Shown piece after piece: positions 59,122-64,000 of a stretch of DNA of 64,000 bases. The notes under the pieces were generated by a model that was not told where the DNA came from, did no database searches, and saw only the letters and a program-made list of their open reading frames with translations. The stretch is from Eledone cirrhosa (Eukaryota): positions 19,220,001 through 19,284,000 of the forward strand of contig OZ024758.1 in NCBI GenBank assembly GCA_964016885.1, in the 5' to 3' direction. The first letter of the stretch is position 1; each line of letters opens with the position of its first letter. Both the position numbers and the translations under genes were made by a program.

Positions 59122-60240
59122 TATTATTAGTATTACTATTATTATTATTGTTCTTTGAGTCTCAGTCATAGATGTTATTTAACTGGAAAGTTTGTTGAAA
59201 TGAATACCAAGCCGCTACCTGCAGCCTCAGATATTCAGGACATATCGGAGGGTTCTTGCTGTTCCCAGCAAGCATGCCTTTTTAAGTGTTCCTAAAAGCG
59301 GGGCTGGACTAACTTTCTTTAACCATCCTTGGAAACTCTTTAAGATAGAACCTAGTGCGCCTATGACAAACGGGACGACTCTGACTTCATGGCAGTTCCA
59401 AATCCTTTTTACATTCCACTTTAAGTCTGGGTATCGGTTAATTGTCTCCCTCTCTTTTTCTTACACTCTCGTATCAAATTGGCAGGCTACATCTACAATA
59501 TGGCACGACCTTTTTTCCTTGTCCAAAACCACCATGTCAGGCCTATTGTGTTCCAGTTTCTTATCTGTCTGTATCCTCAAATCCGATAGCAACATCACCT
59601 GATCGTTTTAATCTGGCTTATTCTCATACCACTTCTCAGAATGTGGTAAATTGTTTATTTTGCATAGGTGCCAGTGGATCACCCTTCCCATCACATCATG
59701 TCTCCAGCCTTTATAGTGAGTCTGGGTTAGGCGTTTACACTCGGATACAATGTGAGCCACAGTCTCCTCTCTCTCTCCACAGATCCTACACAGTGGGCTA
59801 TCTTACATCTTGTAAATATGGTGTTTCACCCACTTCGTTTTGAGCGCCTGCTCTTGCGCAGCCATTAGCATCCTTTCTGTAGCCTTTTTAAGGTATCCTT
59901 TTTTTAACCAGTTCCATGTCTGTGGATCTCTAAATTCAGTTTTCTCAAAGAAGGTACTATGAAGGGATTTTTTATGAAAGTTGATCTTCCTCCTTGTTAT
60001 TTCTTCCTTAGACATCCCCTGGTCTATTGTTCTCTCCTTCAGTACAATTCTAAGCATTGGCTCCCTACTGTCATTCACGTATTTGTGTAGGTTGTTTTTC
60101 TCCATCTGAACACAGTCCTCTCTGCTGATAATACCTCTTCCACCTTCAAGATCTCTTTAAGTAGAGTCTATCGACATCACTCCTCTTGTGGAACATGTTG
60201 TAGATAGTCAATAGCTTCCTAGACTTACTATCCATTTCGT
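59122..60240 (-). mobile_element. 5'-truncated R4/Dong-type RLE LINE (antisense in intron)
   Basis: SDVDRLY, GGRG, AAQEQAL, CCHC-like CRIC..ETVAHIVSEC, RPDMVVLD..IVDVAC restriction-like endonuclease, IGALG, LLGTARTLRYVL; (TAA)n tail; frameshifts. Confidence 0.9.
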
Positions 60241-60271
60241 TTTATTATTATTATTATTATTACTACTACAA

Positions 60272-60465
60272 GGGCAGTGGATTGACAGTATTAGTAGAGC
60301 GTCAGACACCCTGCTTTGCAGCATAGAATTATGGTCATTTATTTTCTGAATTCAAATCCCGCCGTGGTTGGATTTGCCTTTCATCCTTACAGGGTCGATA
60401 AAATAAAGTACCAGTAAACCACTGTTATAATTGCTGACGTTGTACCAAAAGTAGAAAGATTATAA
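60272..60465 (+). mobile_element. MetaSINE/MESC-type SINE just upstream of the splice acceptor
   Basis: Consensus match. Confidence 0.8.
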
Positions 60466-60539
60466 TCATTAGAATTAATATTATTATTCATATTATTATT
60501 AATATTATTTTATTTTTGTCATCTTTTTATATTTTTTAG

Positions 60540-62183
60540 GAGGAAAAAGATGATCCACAAACTAAATACCTTTGCATGCAGTTTATTAAAAGAAGTGATG
60601 CCGTAATGCAGATACGAATGTCACCATTGAGTTCTTCCGACGTTGGTGTCTGCAATGATACTCGTTTGATGATGGATGACTGGCCTCTCTTATCAGTCCA
60701 TTTGTTTCACGAAACAGAAGTTAAATGCCCCTTTGAAGGAGGCTATGATTTTGATGTAAAATTACCTTCTGGCGATAAGGTATGTTCAAGTAAAATATTA
60801 CCATTGCGGTTTGAAAGTTACTGTGTTGAAGAAGAAGGAATATTGCTTAGACTTCGTGAGGAAACATGTAGACAACACTTTGAAAATTTAAATATTGAGA
60901 ACAGGCTCCGCTGTATGGCAAAATGGCAACATGGTAAAGACACATATGTGGTTGTGCGAGACGCTGATGCTGTGCGTTATTGGTGCATGCGCATAATATA
61001 TGAAGAAAATGGCATGATTAAAAAAATTTACTTCTTCTTAGATATGATATGTGATACGAAAACAATATTCCCTCCAGATCGAAAATACCTTGTTTTCGAG
61101 ATGTTTCACCGTGTGATCCGTAGCATTTGCAGTGATGAATTTGAAAAATGCAGTCGTCAGGATATGTGCAATACAGAATACAGGTCCCACTGCCTGCAGT
61201 CTTGTGGTGACTGCAAGATTAAAGCCTTTAGTAAATTCCGAGGTCTTCAAGCCTGTAGCTTCCCAAAGATAATGCATGGTACGTGGTTGCGGCATGTACG
61301 CCAAGGAACGAGTAAAATAACCATTAGTAATAATACAGTTAACATTAATAGTGAAACAAACTGGCATTGTATCGATGCAGGAGAAGGAAATTTTTCTCGA
61401 AGACGGGTTCTAATGAAAACATTTGATAATGGTTGCTATCCACGATTTATGTGTATCGAGCTTCACGAAGCAGCTCCTTCAGTTATGCGATATCGAGTAG
61501 GAAAAATTGTTCTTTGGCCACTCAACATTAGTCATTTCCTGCAAGAACATGTCTGTAATAATGATTTGTTTGCACACAATAATATTCGACACAAATTACC
61601 TTCTCAAAGTATTACTCCTTTGCAGAATTTAGTCCGCGAGTATGAAAAAAGTACCGTTTCATGCAATCTACCACCTGGGCTAGGTAAATCGATGGCCTTC
61701 CGTGACGAGAAAGCACGACGCGGTTGCCTTATAAATAATATTCATTTGGTACCTCACCGAATGGTTTTGATGTTGGAGGATGAAGAGGGTGAGCATAAAA
61801 TTCATGCTGAGTATTTCTGCCTCGCTTCGTTGAAATTTATAAATGAATATGACACAATAATTACCCAAACAAAAGAGAATATGGATGAATATTTATGTTG
61901 GATGATCATTGATAACAAAGAATTCATTATGCTTCCTGCATCTGTGTGTAACAGGGTTCACGCTGAGGCAGTCTTGAAAAGAGTTGAGAAGCCCTTAGCA
62001 AGACTAAGCCTCATATCTAACAGTGAATGCAAACGGGCAGAAGAGAAATGGCGCAAAATAGTTTTAAAAAAAAGAAACACTGGGCCTCCCTTAGTAAACC
62101 AAATGTCGCGAGCCACTGCTTCGAATGCCAGTAGTTGCCTAACGTTAATTCTATTTTTTATGACTACTTTGACGTTACACTGA
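60540..62183 (+). CDS. Coding exon 2 of the cysteine-rich surface protein (547 codons; ShKT-like module; hydrophobic C-terminal tail)
   Basis: Polypyrimidine acceptor TTTTTTAG|GAG at 60539/60540, phase 0, in frame with the 535-aa ORF; the join reads KYVVSQ-EEKDDPQTKYLCMQFIKRS; non-repetitive 1.6-kb open frame. Confidence 0.92.
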   Translation, partial: EEKDDPQTKYLCMQFIKRSDAVMQIRMSPLSSSDVGVCNDTRLMMDDWPLLSVHLFHETEVKCPFEGGYDFDVKLPSGDKVCSSKILPLRFESYCVEEEGILLRLREETCRQHFENLNIENRLRCMAKWQHGKDTYVVVRDADAVRYWCMRIIYEENGMIKKIYFFLDMICDTKTIFPPDRKYLVFEMFHRVIRSICSDEFEKCSRQDMCNTEYRSHCLQSCGDCKIKAFSKFRGLQACSFPKIMHGTWLRHVRQGTSKITISNNTVNINSETNWHCIDAGEGNFSRRRVLMKTFDNGCYPRFMCIELHEAAPSVMRYRVGKIVLWPLNISHFLQEHVCNNDLFAHNNIRHKLPSQSITPLQNLVREYEKSTVSCNLPPGLGKSMAFRDEKARRGCLINNIHLVPHRMVLMLEDEEGEHKIHAEYFCLASLKFINEYDTIITQTKENMDEYLCWMIIDNKEFIMLPASVCNRVHAEAVLKRVEKPLARLSLISNSECKRAEEKWRKIVLKKRNTGPPLVNQMSRATASNASSCLTLILFFMTTLTLH

Positions 62184-63365
62184 CGATGTAATAGTTCTAT
62201 AAAATATTTCATTATTTAAGAAAAAAACATATAAATATAATTATACAGGCAAATTATATATATGATTAATGCATTTGTGTGTATAAGCATGTTTACTAAC
62301 CTGGGAAAGAATGCGTCGTACACACATGAGAGTTAAAAATACTAATAAATTGAGCAAATCCAACAACAGCAGACATTTATCTGAATATATACGTATGAGC
62401 CATGAAATAAGAACATGTTGATCACAAATAACAACACTAACAACCACAAGAACAACAACAAAAATAAAAACAACATCAGAAACAATATCTTGGTATATTG
62501 ATTAAACATAATGTTCCCAATTACATTATTGGTTAAATAACACCACTATGAAAGAAGCAGTTAAAGAAATTATGAAAAGCTACTTCAGATTTTAAAACCA
62601 CTTCTTTTATTAAGAATTCGGCAATTAATTATATCTGATTATAGCTTGGAAGGAGCAGGGAGCATGGTGGGAATATATTTACTGACGCTGAAAAAGGAGA
62701 TTGCGGAGCGTTCATAAAATGTGTGAACGTTAGAGAAGAAATTGAAGTAAAAACCAAATAAACGTACATGGAATTATGACAATGAGTACATTACAAACAA
62801 TGAAATGAAAATAATTGGGTCGAAAGTAAGACAATCATAGAGAGAATAAAAGAAGTAATAAAAAATGATGAATGTTTGAGAAAAAAAAGGTATTAAGGTT
62901 TTGATGTTTGTAAAAAATAAACTTGTATGGGAAAATGGAGAATGTATGGTTCTACATATATTAAGAAACAAGCTGCTTATTACCTGAAAGGAGTGGAATA
63001 AAAATGACGTTGGCAAAGCGAGATAAACGAATATGAATGAGATGTTAGGTGTATATATAAGACTGAAAGTATGAGTTAGATATTAAAGTGAGGTGAAGAT
63101 ATGTAAAATTATAGAACTTTAGAATTACGAGTCAGCGTCGTGTAACATAATGAAAGACACAATATAAAACTGAGTGTGACTGTGTGTATATATATATATA
63201 TATGTGTGTGTGTGCGTTATAAATATATATATATGTGTGTGTGTTAGACAGTTATATGTATGTGCGTGTGTGTGAATATCTCTCTCTCTCGCTCTGTATA
63301 TATAAATATGTATATATACATATATATATATACATATATATATATACATATATATATATACATAT

Positions 63366-63432
<67 letters not shown>

Positions 63433-63437
63433 CATAT

Positions 63438-63518
<81 letters not shown>

Positions 63519-63595
63519 CATATATACATGTATATATATATACATATATACATATATCCATATACATATTTATATATATACATATGTATATATAT

Positions 63596-63672
<77 letters not shown>

Positions 63673-63753
63673 CATATAGACATGTATATATATATATATA
63701 CATATATACATATATCCATATACATATTTATATATATACATATGTATATATAT

Positions 63754-63811
<58 letters not shown>

Positions 63812-63913
63812 CCATATACATATATGTATATATATATATATACATATATACATACATATATATCTATATATATATACATATATCCATATACATATATCCA
63901 TATATATATATAC

Positions 63914-63946
<33 letters not shown>

Positions 63947-64000
63947 CATATAACTTTCTAACACACACACATATATATATATTTATAACGCACACACACA

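Noticed and set aside
61038-62212. Minus-strand ORFs inside the large exon
   Set aside because: Shadow frames of the + strand CDS

Overview
Very AT-rich animal genomic DNA dominated by (TA)n microsatellites. The SINE and microsatellite content suggests an octopus-type cephalopod (inference). There is a 200-N assembly gap at 10780-10979. Only one host gene is supportable: a two-exon, ~645-aa cysteine-rich protein (52900-53193 + 60540-62183) with a likely signal peptide, an internal ShKT-like module and a GPI-type tail. Almost all other ORFs in the track are microsatellite artefacts (YI/HT repeats). The rest is mobile DNA: ~20 copies of a tRNA-derived MetaSINE/MESC-type SINE (often head-to-tail dimers), a CORE-SINE, RTE and R4/Dong-type LINE fragments, and two 5'-truncated Penelope-like elements with GIY-YIG endonuclease. 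The most striking hidden layer is a set of small non-coding elements, mostly inserted in (TA)n tracts, that carry self-cleaving ribozyme folds. I read ~16 minimal type I hammerhead motifs by eye, from about ten unrelated sequence families. Many sit in divergent inverted pairs with both 3' ends pointing outward. The clearest case is a 467-nt hammerhead unit present as two circularly permuted ~1.05-mers (6821-7852), the signature expected from a circular or multimeric RNA template (retrozyme-like). A separate ~600-nt family begins with an HDV-like ribozyme fold. All folds were assigned by manual base-pairing and none has been tested; repeat boundaries are approximate.
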